A DNA stretch of 64,000 nt, from the IMG/VR virus record IMGVR_UViG_3300010376_000005, positions 1,971 through 65,970 of that record, one strand, 5' to 3'. A model generated the notes under the pieces. The model was not told the DNA's origin, did no database searches, and saw only the letters and a list, made by a program, of their open reading frames with translations. Made by a program: the position numbers and the translations under genes. The stretch comes from a virus. Taxonomy: Duplodnaviria > Caudoviricetes. Each line of letters starts with the position of its first letter. The stretch's first letter is position 1. Shown here piece after piece: positions 1 to 9,538 of this stretch.

Positions 1-1325
1 CCATTCGCCGCTTCGGCTAGGCGTCTGGGGTTGTGCGGCTCGAAGGTGAAGTTGGGGTTGGTCGAGCCCTCGAAGCCGCCGTGGCCGTGCTTCAGGTTGC
101 CGGAGATCCCCGTGGCCTGCATCCAGCGCGGCAGGAACTCATCGACCATGCGCCTGGAGATGTTCGCCTTGGCGTGTCGATCCAGCGCCTCCCACTGCTC
201 CTGTTGCCCCTCATCCCAGGTGCGGCCCGGCGCGATCTCGAAGTGGGTCTTGCCGCCGGCCGCGCGCAGCGCCGCACGGATAGCGCCGCCACGGGCGAAG
301 TTCTCAGGGTTTGCGGGCTGGCGCGCCTGACGGATGTCGGACTCGATCTTCTCGGGATCCTCGCTCGCAGGCCACTTGCCGATCCGCGTGAGGAGACTGG
401 GATCGTGTACGGCCATCTCGATCTTTTGCGGTCCGCTGCCGCCTTCGTTTGGCCAATTGGGGAGCGCCTCGGCCTCCCAGGCGCGGTTCTTCCGCCAGCC
501 CGATGCGGGCATTTCAGGACCGCCCCCGGTCCGCGCGTTCCACTCCCCGACGCCGTGTCCCATCATCGCCAGCTTGTGCGCGTCAGGCGCATCGGCGTGG
601 AAGGCGTGCACCGCCGCGTTCTTGCCGCCGTACCGCTGGCCATAGTGCCGGGCCAAGTCGATCGCCTGCTTCAGCTCCTCGGGGTTGCGCGCCAGTGCGC
701 CGTAGAAGCCCCGGCCGAGCGGCCGGATGTCGCCGGGCTCGCCGCTCCCCAGGTGCTTGAAGTCGATCGCGTCGAAGTCCCGGCCGCCGTGCACGAACAC
801 CGGCTTGAACGGCTTCGGCCGCCCCTTGGCCTGGGTGACGGTGGGGCCGCCATCCTGGCGTGCGGCTCGCATTGCCGCCGCCACTGCGCCGCCGGCCGCG
901 TTGCCCCACCGCAGCACCGGCACCTGGGGGATACCGAGTTCGCGAGCGGCGTGGGCCCGGTGGCGGCCGTCCTCCTTGCCGGTCGCCGAGATCTGCAGGG
1001 GATCGAGCGTGCGGCCAGCGCGGATGTGATCCTTGAGGTCGTCGATATTCTCGCGCGAGGTCTCATCGATCTTCAGGGGCCGGACCTTCGAGAGGAAGGC
1101 GTCCGGCGACATGTGCTCCATGCGCCCGCCGGTCTGCTTGTAATTGGCGTCGCCCCACCAGTTTGAGCGCGGAGCCAGGGGGTAGGCTGGACCGCCCTCC
1201 GCTCGACCCTCCCGCGCCGTCCGCAGCGCCGCCGCCACCGCCTGATCCTGCGGATGACCGGCGTGGACCATCTCGGAGATGTTCTGGCTCACCGTCGCCT
1301 GCGAGGATCCACGAGCGAGCGGCAT
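1..1325 (-). CDS. 5' part of a large modular virion-associated (polyvalent) protein: ParB-like plus ADP-ribosyltransferase-like domains; runs off the left edge
   Basis: Missing from the ORF track because it has no stop in the window. ATG at 1325 overlaps the upstream TGA. Manual translation: MPLARGSSQATVSQNISEMVHAGHPQDQAVAAAL..LDPLQISATGKEDGRHRAHAARELG..VFVHGGRDFDAIDF..GSGEPG..GRGFYG..EMAVHDP; G/C-ending codons throughout. Confidence 0.85.
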   Translation of the reverse strand, partial: MPLARGSSQATVSQNISEMVHAGHPQDQAVAAALRTAREGRAEGGPAYPLAPRSNWWGDANYKQTGGRMEHMSPDAFLSKVRPLKIDETSRENIDDLKDHIRAGRTLDPLQISATGKEDGRHRAHAARELGIPQVPVLRWGNAAGGAVAAAMRAARQDGGPTVTQAKGRPKPFKPVFVHGGRDFDAIDFKHLGSGEPGDIRPLGRGFYGALARNPEELKQAIDLARHYGQRYGGKNAAVHAFHADAPDAHKLAMMGHGVGEWNARTGGGPEMPASGWRKNRAWEAEALPNWPNEGGSGPQKIEMAVHDPSLLTRIGKWPASEDPEKIESDIRQARQPANPENFARGGAIRAALRAAGGKTHFEIAPGRTWDEGQQEQWEALDRHAKANISRRMVDEFLPRWMQATGISGNLKHGHGGFEGSTNPNFTFEPHNPRRLAEAAN

Positions 1326-1729
1326 CAGCTATAGCTCACCGAGAGCGTCTGGCCGGGGCCCGGCACGACCACGAGGCCGAACTGGTACGGCATGTTGATC
1401 ACGTAGATCCCGACCGCAGCCGGGATGGAGGCGATGACAGGTCCCGTCGCAGTGACCAGCGCGGCGTCGATGATCATGCTAGGACCCGGCGACCCGACGT
1501 CAGCCGTGACGCTCACCACCGCGACGCGGCCCTTGCCCTGCTTGAGCAGGGTGCGCGCGGTCAGCCCGGCGCCGAGCGTCTCGCCCTGGGCGTTCATGTA
1601 GCGCTGGGCGAGGTTCGCGATATTGCTGGCGATATGCTGCGCCGCCGTCAGCAGGTCGGACAGCGACGCGCCTGCAGGTCCGGCGCCGTGGCCAGGGTGG
1701 CTGGGGCGGTTGAAGCCAGGGTCGCTCAT
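1325..1729 (-). CDS. conserved phage structural-region hypothetical protein (134 aa)
   Basis: Start reassigned to the ATG at 1729, which overlaps the stop of the upstream gene (MSDPGFNRP...). Confidence 0.75.
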   Translation of the reverse strand: MSDPGFNRPSHPGHGAGPAGASLSDLLTAAQHIASNIANLAQRYMNAQGETLGAGLTARTLLKQGKGRVAVVSVTADVGSPGPSMIIDAALVTATGPVIASIPAAVGIYVINMPYQFGLVVVPGPGQTLSVSYS

Positions 1730-3813
1730 CCGTACCGCCCTGCAGGCTGTGCGCGGTAGCGGACGCGGCCTAGACGCCAGAACGAACCGTAGTCGCTGGA
1801 CATGATCTGCATGGCGAAGAGGCGCGCCCTGGCCCGCAGGTTGAACCACGTCGAAGCCTGGGTGCAGTAGAACGGCCCGATGGTGGTCGGCGGCTGCTCG
1901 GGGAAGTCGGCGAGCAGGACGCTGATCTGCAGCGTGGCGCTCTGCGCGGAGCCATACTCGCCATATCTCGCGTCCGGCCAAAATTCATCGATAAAGGTCT
2001 TGAGGTCGCCCTCGCTCATCGCGAAGTAACCCGTCTCGAACGACGAAATCAGCGGCTGATCGTCGGCGTCGTTGCTGGTTTCGTGCTGGTAGATCAGCAG
2101 GCGATTTGGGTCGGCCCCGATCGGCGGACCTAGCACCGACTGGTCGACCCAGGCTGAACGCGCCAACTGGCCATAATCCCACCAGCCGAGCGCATAGTTG
2201 TACTTGAGGAAGGTGCTCACCTCGCCGCCTGAGTTGAGCGTCGGGATGTACCAGGAGATCTCGTTGAAGCGGGCGTTGACCGCGACGCGGATCTTGTCGG
2301 TCTGCGACAGGTCGATGTCCTGGAATGCGACGTCCCACACGGGACACGCCAGCGGCTGCGCGCCCTCGCTCGTAAGCGAAAAGAATTGCGAAGCCCCCAT
2401 CCAGTAGATGACGCCATTGGCGCTCGCCGCAGCCTTGCGCCCGATCAGACCACACCCAGTGGCGATCTCCTGAAAACCGTAGACGTAGGGCGGTCCGATG
2501 TACTGCACCGACCAAATACTGAGATCGGTCCACAGCAGGCCCTGCTGCGGCCCCTGGATGCCGCCAACGATTTTCGAGCCCCGCGGCAGGCGATACGAGC
2601 CCGCCTGATTGGTCGCCTGGGCGATCCAGACATTGAAGTTGTTGACGTCACACCAGCAGATCAACAACGGGTCCTGCACGCCGTTGACGGTCGAGCCCCA
2701 GGCGATGATTTGGCGCTGCGGCATGGCGACGAAGAAGCCGTCGTTGACGGTGGGCGCGTTGGCGATCACCGCCGCCTGCGGGGCGCCTGCCGTCGGATCC
2801 CAAGAGTAGAGTGGCTGGAACTGGGTGTCGTTGATCGGGCAGGCGATCAGCACCTGCCCGTAGTTGTCGAGCACCCAGTCGTCAGCGGCGATCGGCGAGC
2901 CGACGGGCGGGTTGGCGGGCTGGCCGGCGCCGCCGAACGGGCCCAGGCCGAAGCCGCCCACGCCGAAGCCTGTCCCCCCCGAGGCGGGTCCGGCGCCGAA
3001 GCTGTAGACGTAGCGCGTATTGCCGCCGTTGACCGGCGTGGGGCCTGCGTTCGACGTGGCGACGGTGCTGGCGAGGATGGTGAACTGACTGGCCGAGATG
3101 ACCTGCTGGACAGTGTAGTTGCCCAGGATGGTGAGGCCGCCGATGGTCATCGGCACGATGGTTGCGAAGTTGCTGCCGACTGAAAGGCCGTGATTGTTCA
3201 GCGTGACTGTAACGTAGGCTGAACCGGCGGAGGTCTGGACGCTGGCGATGGTCGGAGAACTGTCGGTCGTGGCGGCGGGCAGCGGGTTGCCGAGCACGTC
3301 GGTGGCGGTGATCTGGTACTGCGTCGAGCTGACCGGCGTGATCAGATAGGAACCGCGCAGGATGAGGCCGCCGACCGAGATGGCGGTCTGGATGTAGACC
3401 GTCTCGAAGGGGGCGCTCAGGGTCGGCGCGTTGGGGTCGGTGATGGTGACGGTCGGCGAGCCTGCCGTGGTCGAGGCCTGCGGCGGGGTGTTGGTGGTGT
3501 AGGTGCTGGGCGTGATGTCCTGGACGACGCCGTTGGTGACCACCGCCAATTGCGAGCGGCCGCCGAATCTCTGCGTGCCGTAGGCAAGGTGCTTGACTGC
3601 GTTGGTGTCCTCCCAGGCCCACAGCGCCCTGACCGGCGCGGGCGTGGTCGAGGACAGATACTTCGACCAGCCGCCCAGCTTCTGGATCATCGGGCTGCCG
3701 GTGTCGTCGTACTGGTAGCGGATCAATTGCGAGGCGGAGATGCCGTACTGATTGAGCGCAGGGGTTCGGTTGACGTTGACCCCGTCGGCGAGCTGCACAG
3801 CTTGGTGCGGCAT
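1726..3813 (-). CDS. tail nozzle/stabilization protein (P22 gp10 / T7 gp12-like)
   Basis: 695 aa, beta-rich; motifs WCDVNNFNVW..TNQAGSYRL and GVIYWMG..FF; follows adaptor genes. Confidence 0.7.
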   Translation of the reverse strand: MPHQAVQLADGVNVNRTPALNQYGISASQLIRYQYDDTGSPMIQKLGGWSKYLSSTTPAPVRALWAWEDTNAVKHLAYGTQRFGGRSQLAVVTNGVVQDITPSTYTTNTPPQASTTAGSPTVTITDPNAPTLSAPFETVYIQTAISVGGLILRGSYLITPVSSTQYQITATDVLGNPLPAATTDSSPTIASVQTSAGSAYVTVTLNNHGLSVGSNFATIVPMTIGGLTILGNYTVQQVISASQFTILASTVATSNAGPTPVNGGNTRYVYSFGAGPASGGTGFGVGGFGLGPFGGAGQPANPPVGSPIAADDWVLDNYGQVLIACPINDTQFQPLYSWDPTAGAPQAAVIANAPTVNDGFFVAMPQRQIIAWGSTVNGVQDPLLICWCDVNNFNVWIAQATNQAGSYRLPRGSKIVGGIQGPQQGLLWTDLSIWSVQYIGPPYVYGFQEIATGCGLIGRKAAASANGVIYWMGASQFFSLTSEGAQPLACPVWDVAFQDIDLSQTDKIRVAVNARFNEISWYIPTLNSGGEVSTFLKYNYALGWWDYGQLARSAWVDQSVLGPPIGADPNRLLIYQHETSNDADDQPLISSFETGYFAMSEGDLKTFIDEFWPDARYGEYGSAQSATLQISVLLADFPEQPPTTIGPFYCTQASTWFNLRARARLFAMQIMSSDYGSFWRLGRVRYRAQPAGRYG

Positions 3814-3857
3814 GGTGATGGGCTCTTCTGACCGAAGCGCCCGGCAAACTGTGCCGA

Positions 3858-3875
3858 CTTACATTTGACGTCAAG
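3858..3875 (-). promoter_or_regulatory. TTGAC-N7-GTAAG motif copy upstream of the tail gene
   Basis: + strand reads CTTAC ATTTGAC GTCAAG, intergenic; one of 7 exact copies found. Confidence 0.6.
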
Positions 3876-3939
3876 TTTTGTGGAAAGCAGACCTTCCGCA
3901 ACGCGGCTTGTGAAAGGTGAAAGGCCGCTTCGCCTTTCG

Positions 3940-4692
3940 TTAGCTGCGGGTCGGCGTGGCGACCGGCGAGGCCGCCCTGGCGGTCCAGGCATCGGCTTCG
4001 AGGCGGCGGCGGAAGTCCTCGGCCTGGGCCCCCTGCATCAGCGTCCCGTACTGGGTCTCGTACGACTGCGCCATCTGCGGGTCGTCGGACTGGCGCCCGA
4101 AGTCGCGCTGGTAGGCGCTGATGTAGACCATGCACGCCAGCACCAGCAGCTCAGGCAGCCACGCCGAGATCCAGGTGGTCATCGAGTTCGCCTGCAGGGT
4201 GTTGGCGTAGGCCGCCAGCGAGGGCGAGCGCACCTCGCCGACCAGGGTAGTGGGATAAGGCTGGTCGGGCGTCGGCCCGAAGAGGAGCAGCGTCGAGGTA
4301 TTGCCCGCCGTGGCGAGGTCGCCGCCCAGCATCGCGAACACTGTGGGCAGGCCGGGCGTCGAGGTCGGCGGCCAGAGGGTCTGGATGTAGCTGCGCGCCA
4401 CCGGATTGAGCGGGAAGCCGTTGACCAGCACGTCCTGCACAACCATGAAGTCGCCGACGGGGACGGCGAGGATCGGGTTGCCGACGGTGAGCGAATAGGC
4501 CGGGCTGAGCGACTGCAGGTTGAGCAGCTCCAGGTCGCGCTGGATGCGGTCCTCGGCGTAGTTAAGCATCTGCGGGATCAGGGCGTTGAACTGCGGATCG
4601 CCCGTGACGACGCCGTTCACCGTCGTGGTCTGGTACGGCGCGAGCAGCGCCACCTGGGTGACCAGACCATTGTAGGTGAGCGGGTTGGGCAT
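3940..4692 (-). CDS. head-tail adaptor-like protein
   Basis: 250 aa, LNYAEDRIQRDL..P.PD..Y pattern of podophage adaptors; position in the tail module. Confidence 0.6.
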   Translation of the reverse strand: MPNPLTYNGLVTQVALLAPYQTTTVNGVVTGDPQFNALIPQMLNYAEDRIQRDLELLNLQSLSPAYSLTVGNPILAVPVGDFMVVQDVLVNGFPLNPVARSYIQTLWPPTSTPGLPTVFAMLGGDLATAGNTSTLLLFGPTPDQPYPTTLVGEVRSPSLAAYANTLQANSMTTWISAWLPELLVLACMVYISAYQRDFGRQSDDPQMAQSYETQYGTLMQGAQAEDFRRRLEADAWTARAASPVATPTRS

Positions 4693-4693
4693 C

Positions 4694-5299
4694 CTAGAAC
4701 GTCCCCGCGTCGATGATGCAGTTGTCGATCACGGCGCCGGCCCCGGCGCCCTGGAGGGCGGTGAGAGTGACGACGCCCGTGGCGCGGTTGATGCTCAGCC
4801 AGTTGCCCAGCAGCGTCTGGCCATCGTCGGCGTAGGCGAAGAGGTCGAAGTTGCTGCCGGTGTTCGAACCGGATTCAGGCGCGCCGTCGCCGAGCACCAA
4901 CTGCCAGCGGTCGAGGCCGGCGGTCTGGCCCATGATGTAATCGTATGGGCCTGAGGCGGCCTTGTTCAGGACGATGAAGGCGCTGCGCCCGAACGCGGGC
5001 GAGAACGTAAACGGCCCGGTCACTGTCGCCGCGCCCGTGAGCGGCACGAACGTCCCCTGCCCGTAGCCGGTCGCCGCGACGTCGGCGGAGGTGAGGACGA
5101 CGGCGCCACCGCGGCCGTTGAAGCTGGTAACCACCGGCCCGGCGAGACCGATCTGGTTCTCCACGTAGTCGGCGATGCCGGCGATCGTCGTCCGCACGTC
5201 GACGCCGGCTTGGTTGACCCAGAGCTGCTCGGGGCCGGCGAGGCTGATCGCCACCGGCAGGTTGGGGATGGTCTGGATCGGGGCGCCGCCATCCGCCAT
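4694..5299 (-). CDS. short tail-fibre-like structural protein
   Basis: VTSFNGRGGAVVL fibre motif; N- and C-termini resemble those of 8254..9534. Confidence 0.6.
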   Translation of the reverse strand: MADGGAPIQTIPNLPVAISLAGPEQLWVNQAGVDVRTTIAGIADYVENQIGLAGPVVTSFNGRGGAVVLTSADVAATGYGQGTFVPLTGAATVTGPFTFSPAFGRSAFIVLNKAASGPYDYIMGQTAGLDRWQLVLGDGAPESGSNTGSNFDLFAYADDGQTLLGNWLSINRATGVVTLTALQGAGAGAVIDNCIIDAGTF

Positions 5300-6198
5300 C
5301 ACTGCACGTCCTTGCTCTTGGGCGTCTGCGGCAGGCCCGTCTGCGGCACGGCGGGGAAGTCGCGCGGCAGGCCGATCTGGGCGGTGACGATCGTCGTCTC
5401 AGGGCCGAGGATCGAGCCGGGCGGCACAGGGGAATAGCAGCCGTACGTGAACACCGTCGCGGTCAGCGGCGTCACCGAGAAGGTGCCGTCGGCGAGAGGG
5501 TCGCCCGCGCCGGTCACCAGGATCTGGTTGTTCAGCACCAGCCCATGCGCGCGGCTGCAGGTGACGCGCACCAGCGGCGTGCCATCGGAGATGATCGAGG
5601 TGATCGGCAGCGGCACGCCGTACTGCACGTTCGCGTCGGTTTCCGCCATGAGGGCCTCCGAGGGATAGCCGGGCGGGCGCCCGGTGGGCGCTGGGGCCAT
5701 GATGATAGCACCCGTGTTCACGGGCGTACCCGCTGGCGTAGGCGTCCCCATGACCATCGACGCCGCCTGGGCGGTGACCATGGGCGTGGTGAGGTCGACC
5801 TCGCTGGCCAGGGTGACGTCCTGCAGCGGCGGCAGGGTGAGGCCGGTGGTCGACATCGCCGGGGTGTCGAGCGGCTTGGTCAGGCCCGTCCTCGGGTCGA
5901 CCTCGGTGGGGCCGGCGAGGCCCATGACCGACTGCTCGACGCTGAAATCTTCCGGGAACGGCAGCATCACCGGGACCGGGTCCGCCGGCCACACGACGGC
6001 CCTCTCCTGCTCGTTCGGGACGTCCAAGCAACGGTTGCACACGAATAGCCACGTCTGCAGCAGTGCTGCGCCGCGCCACGCCCGCTGGTTGTTCAGATCC
6101 TCGCGGTTGTACCAGATCCCACAGCGCTGACAGACACTGAACGCGCGCGGATTAGTGGAGCTTACTCGCGCTCGACCGGCCCTGCTCGCGTACGCCAT
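5299..6198 (-). CDS. conserved phage protein with N-terminal CxxC..CxxC
   Basis: CQRCG..VCNRCLD; stop overlaps the next start. Confidence 0.7.
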   Translation of the reverse strand: MAYASRAGRARVSSTNPRAFSVCQRCGIWYNREDLNNQRAWRGAALLQTWLFVCNRCLDVPNEQERAVVWPADPVPVMLPFPEDFSVEQSVMGLAGPTEVDPRTGLTKPLDTPAMSTTGLTLPPLQDVTLASEVDLTTPMVTAQAASMVMGTPTPAGTPVNTGAIIMAPAPTGRPPGYPSEALMAETDANVQYGVPLPITSIISDGTPLVRVTCSRAHGLVLNNQILVTGAGDPLADGTFSVTPLTATVFTYGCYSPVPPGSILGPETTIVTAQIGLPRDFPAVPQTGLPQTPKSKDVQ

Positions 6199-6201
6199 TG
6201 A

Positions 6202-6894
6202 TCAGGCCCTGAAGTACCCGGAGATCTGCGGGGATATATAGAACGCAGCTTGCTCCGTGTTGCGATTGGCGGCGATCTCGTAGCTCTCGTCGGCCAACAC
6301 CTTGAGGTTGCCGGCCACTGCCGGGTTCCAGACCAGGGCCAACCGCTGCGCGAGCGCGAACGCATACGCTTCGAGGAAATAATACGGCAGCTCGGGCGAG
6401 GCGCCGTTGACCATCTGGGAGTCCTGCATCCGCCGCAGGCGGTAGTAGGAGAGGCTCTGGTAGGTCCCGTCGGGGCACAGGTACAGGGTGATCGTCGGCG
6501 CGAGCAGTTGGTCATACCAGTACACGGTGACCGCGCCCTGCTGCAGCGGGCTGGAGTATGAGGCGTACTCGGTGCGCGAGATCGGCAGGATGATGCGGTT
6601 GCGCTGAGCCGCGCCCTGGCCCTGCGTTACGTAGGCGTCGAGCACGGCCACGGTGTTGCTGGGGACGGAATAGGTCGGGTTCCCCGGCACAAGCTGGATC
6701 GTCTGCAGATCGACCGCCCACAGGTTGATCCCCTGCGCCGACCACCGGGCGTTGACCAGATTGGCCGCCATCCGCGCCGATTCCATGTGGGACTGGGTGA
6801 GCGCGGTCTGGCGCACGCCGGCCAGATTGAAGCTGTACAGCGTCAGCTCGCCCAGCGAGGGCGCGAAAGCGTAGGCGCCTGAGGTCGCGTTCAT
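6202..6894 (-). CDS. head-tail connector / tail tubular protein A-like
   Basis: 230 aa, W..QGINLW..Q.I.L..G..TY pattern; operon context. Confidence 0.6.
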   Translation of the reverse strand: MNATSGAYAFAPSLGELTLYSFNLAGVRQTALTQSHMESARMAANLVNARWSAQGINLWAVDLQTIQLVPGNPTYSVPSNTVAVLDAYVTQGQGAAQRNRIILPISRTEYASYSSPLQQGAVTVYWYDQLLAPTITLYLCPDGTYQSLSYYRLRRMQDSQMVNGASPELPYYFLEAYAFALAQRLALVWNPAVAGNLKVLADESYEIAANRNTEQAAFYISPQISGYFRA

Positions 6895-8214
6895 TCAGTA
6901 GCCAATCGCCTCCCAGTAGCAGGCTGACGCGACGGTCCCGGAATTGGCGAGAGTATATCCGGTCGGGTTGATGATGGCGTTCCAGATCGACCCGGCCCCG
7001 ACGCTGGCGCCAGGGAGGGCGACCATGTTCCAACACGCATTCGGGAAGGGGATGGGGAACGTCCCGGCGAGGCTGCCGCCAGCCGGGACAGAGCCTGAGG
7101 TCCCCCACTGGCGGAGGATGCCGCCCGGAGACATCTCATAGCCCTGCTGGCTGAAGAGGAGGTGGTTGCCGGACAGCGAGACCAGCCGCCAGTAGCCGTT
7201 GCCGTCCCCGACCAGAATTATCTTCCCTCCCGCAGGTAGGGTCGTCGGAGCGTCCGACCCGCCGGGAAACGCCAGGGTGATGGGGACGGTGTTGATGTTG
7301 GAAATGGTGAAGGTGCGATTAAGTCCGGTCCCGGCGCTGGCGGCGTTGGGAAAGGTTATCGTCTGCGCGCCGGTCTGGGCGAGGCAGTTGAAACCGGCGT
7401 AGGCGTCGGAGAGGGTGAGAGCGCCTGCAGGGAGGGCTTGTTGTCCCCCCGCCTGCATCCCCCGGTTCCAGACCCAGCCGGTGTTGGCGATGTTCGTGGA
7501 ACTGTCGTCCGCTGGAGCTGTCGGTGCGGTTGCCGCGCCGCTAAGGGTCGTTGGGCCAGTGACGGCGAGGCCAGCAGAGCCCGCAATGCTAAGGCCGCCG
7601 GTTGTCGAGAGGAGTGAGACCACCCCAGTAGAGCGGGCGATGGAGAGGCAGGCGGTGGTGTCCAGATTGGCGTTGCTGTTGTTGTACCGGACGACGATGA
7701 GGTTCGCGCCGTTGGAAGGCGCGGTGTCAGTGGAACTGTCCTTGTAAATCGCCCAACGGTAACCGTTATTGGACTCCAGCAGTATTCCGCCCTGGGCGCT
7801 GATACCGGAGTTCATATAGAGGTAGTTACCCATCGACCAGTTGCCGGAAATAGTTCCGGAGCCGGTAAAGCTAACGCCGCCAGTGGAGGTGAGGCTGGGC
7901 GCGGTGATCCCCCCGGTGAAGGTCCCCCCCGCCAGGGTCATCACCTGGGTCCAGTTGGCTGGCGTGAACGCCCCGGCTGCGCTGGCCGCCGTCGCGCGGT
8001 AGAGGTTGCCCTGGTACGCGACGAGGGCGCCGATCGCGTAGTTGGCGGTGGTGGAGAAGATCGTTACGCCGATGAGGTCTTGGTTGACGCTCAGTGTATT
8101 GACCGCGCCAAGCTGGCCGTCTGCAAAGTTGACGTAGAGTTCGCCGGGTTGATGTCCAGCAGGCGGACGATTGCCGGTGACGTTGGAGCGGAGAGTGAGA
8201 ATTTTGTCGACCAT
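6895..8214 (-). CDS. tail fibre / receptor-binding protein
   Basis: C-terminal GGILRQWG..FPIPFPNAC fibre-tip motif; N-terminal YAIGALVAYQGNLYRA..W carbohydrate-binding-like motif; start taken at MVDKIL. Confidence 0.8.
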   Translation of the reverse strand: MVDKILTLRSNVTGNRPPAGHQPGELYVNFADGQLGAVNTLSVNQDLIGVTIFSTTANYAIGALVAYQGNLYRATAASAAGAFTPANWTQVMTLAGGTFTGGITAPSLTSTGGVSFTGSGTISGNWSMGNYLYMNSGISAQGGILLESNNGYRWAIYKDSSTDTAPSNGANLIVVRYNNSNANLDTTACLSIARSTGVVSLLSTTGGLSIAGSAGLAVTGPTTLSGAATAPTAPADDSSTNIANTGWVWNRGMQAGGQQALPAGALTLSDAYAGFNCLAQTGAQTITFPNAASAGTGLNRTFTISNINTVPITLAFPGGSDAPTTLPAGGKIILVGDGNGYWRLVSLSGNHLLFSQQGYEMSPGGILRQWGTSGSVPAGGSLAGTFPIPFPNACWNMVALPGASVGAGSIWNAIINPTGYTLANSGTVASACYWEAIGY

Positions 8215-8253
8215 GTGGTCAGTCCTCACAAAGCGGAATATTTATCCCGCTAC

Positions 8254-9534
8254 TCAAAAAGTCCCGCAGTCGATGACGAACGAGTCCAGTACAGCCGTGG
8301 GCGAGCTTCCGACCACCGACCCTGCGGTGACGGTCCCGGTCACCGACGCCGACGCCGCACCGATGCCCCCCGCCGATGTCACCGACGGCGCGTTGACGGG
8401 CCCTGCGTCCCAAGATCCTGTGGTGATGTCCCCCACCGTCACGATCGAGGTCTGCCCGGCATAGGTCGCGGCGATGCCGATGCCGCCCGAGCCGACAGAA
8501 ATCTGGCCCCCGATCCCCACCGCAGTGATGCCCGCGCTGGTGACGAGGAGACCGCCGTTGGTGGCGGCCACGGCGGCGATCCCTGAAGCCGAGACGTTGA
8601 TCCCGTTGCCGGCCACGGCGGCGATCCCGGCGCCGACGCTGATCCCGTTGCCGGCGACCGCGCCAATCCCTCCAGCCGTGACACTGAGGCCGCCACCGCT
8701 GGCGGCGACGGCGGCGATGCCAGTGCTTGAGACGCTGATCCCGTTGCCGGCCAGCGCCTCAATGCCTGCGGGGACGACGCTGAGACCACCCGCTGGCGCG
8801 GCCACCGCGCCGATCCCGGCGGACGTCACGCTGATCCCGTTGGTCGGCACCGCCGAGATGACGTTGCTGACGATCGAGATGCCATTGCCAGGGTTCGGCG
8901 ACGCCGAGGGGATCGCGTCGACGTAGGCCTTGGTCGCCGCATCCGTCGGGTTCACGGGCGCGGCCAGACTGATGAGATTGTGGCCATTCAGGCTGACGTT
9001 GGCCGTCGGGAGCGCAAGCTGGTCGAGCCGCAGCAGCGGGTGGACGTGATCGGCCCGCGCCCAGGTCGTCGCCGTCCCGATCGCGCCTGTGCCCGCGTCG
9101 ATCAGCGGGACCGTGGTCCCGCGGCCCAAGGCAATGGCGCCCTGCACGAAGGCGGTGCTGGCCGGGCTGGTGCTGCTGTCTGTCAGCGGCGCGACCGTCG
9201 GCGTCGTGGATCCCGCGAAGAGGTTGACCGGCCCCGACATCGTCCCGCCCGCGAGGGGCAGGCGCGTGGTGTCGGACGGATGGACGTGGTCGCCGCGGCT
9301 CCACAACGTCGAGGTCCCAGGCGCTGCTACACCGTCCATGGCCGGTGGCGCGTTGGACGGGGCCGGTGGGGCCGGCGGGACGTAGATCTCCTCCATGAGC
9401 GCCACGATGGCGTCCAGCGAGGTCTGCGAATCCACGCCCGCCTGATTGATCCAGACCACCTCGCCGCCGACCAGGGTCGCGGCTGCGGGCAGCTCGGGGA
9501 TGGTTTTGGTGGGATAGGGGAAGGGCTCGCCCAT
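8254..9534 (-). CDS. tail fibre shaft protein with internal repeats
   Basis: Start reassigned to MGEPFPYP (9534); two DHVHP motifs; about 9 GNGISV/GGLSV repeats. Confidence 0.75.
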   Translation of the reverse strand: MGEPFPYPTKTIPELPAAATLVGGEVVWINQAGVDSQTSLDAIVALMEEIYVPPAPPAPSNAPPAMDGVAAPGTSTLWSRGDHVHPSDTTRLPLAGGTMSGPVNLFAGSTTPTVAPLTDSSTSPASTAFVQGAIALGRGTTVPLIDAGTGAIGTATTWARADHVHPLLRLDQLALPTANVSLNGHNLISLAAPVNPTDAATKAYVDAIPSASPNPGNGISIVSNVISAVPTNGISVTSAGIGAVAAPAGGLSVVPAGIEALAGNGISVSSTGIAAVAASGGGLSVTAGGIGAVAGNGISVGAGIAAVAGNGINVSASGIAAVAATNGGLLVTSAGITAVGIGGQISVGSGGIGIAATYAGQTSIVTVGDITTGSWDAGPVNAPSVTSAGGIGAASASVTGTVTAGSVVGSSPTAVLDSFVIDCGTF

Positions 9535-9538
9535 CGGC

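Noticed and set aside
33-1166. 377-aa plus-strand ORF and many other long ORFs antisense to real genes (e.g. 25627..27111, 37476..38852, 42986..44368, 59051..60562)
   Set aside because: Shadow frames expected in high-GC DNA; Arg/Gly/Ala-rich with no motifs, opposite well-supported genes.
6895-8214. Diversity-generating retroelement target in the fibre tip
   Set aside because: No reverse transcriptase and no template/variable repeat pair seen.
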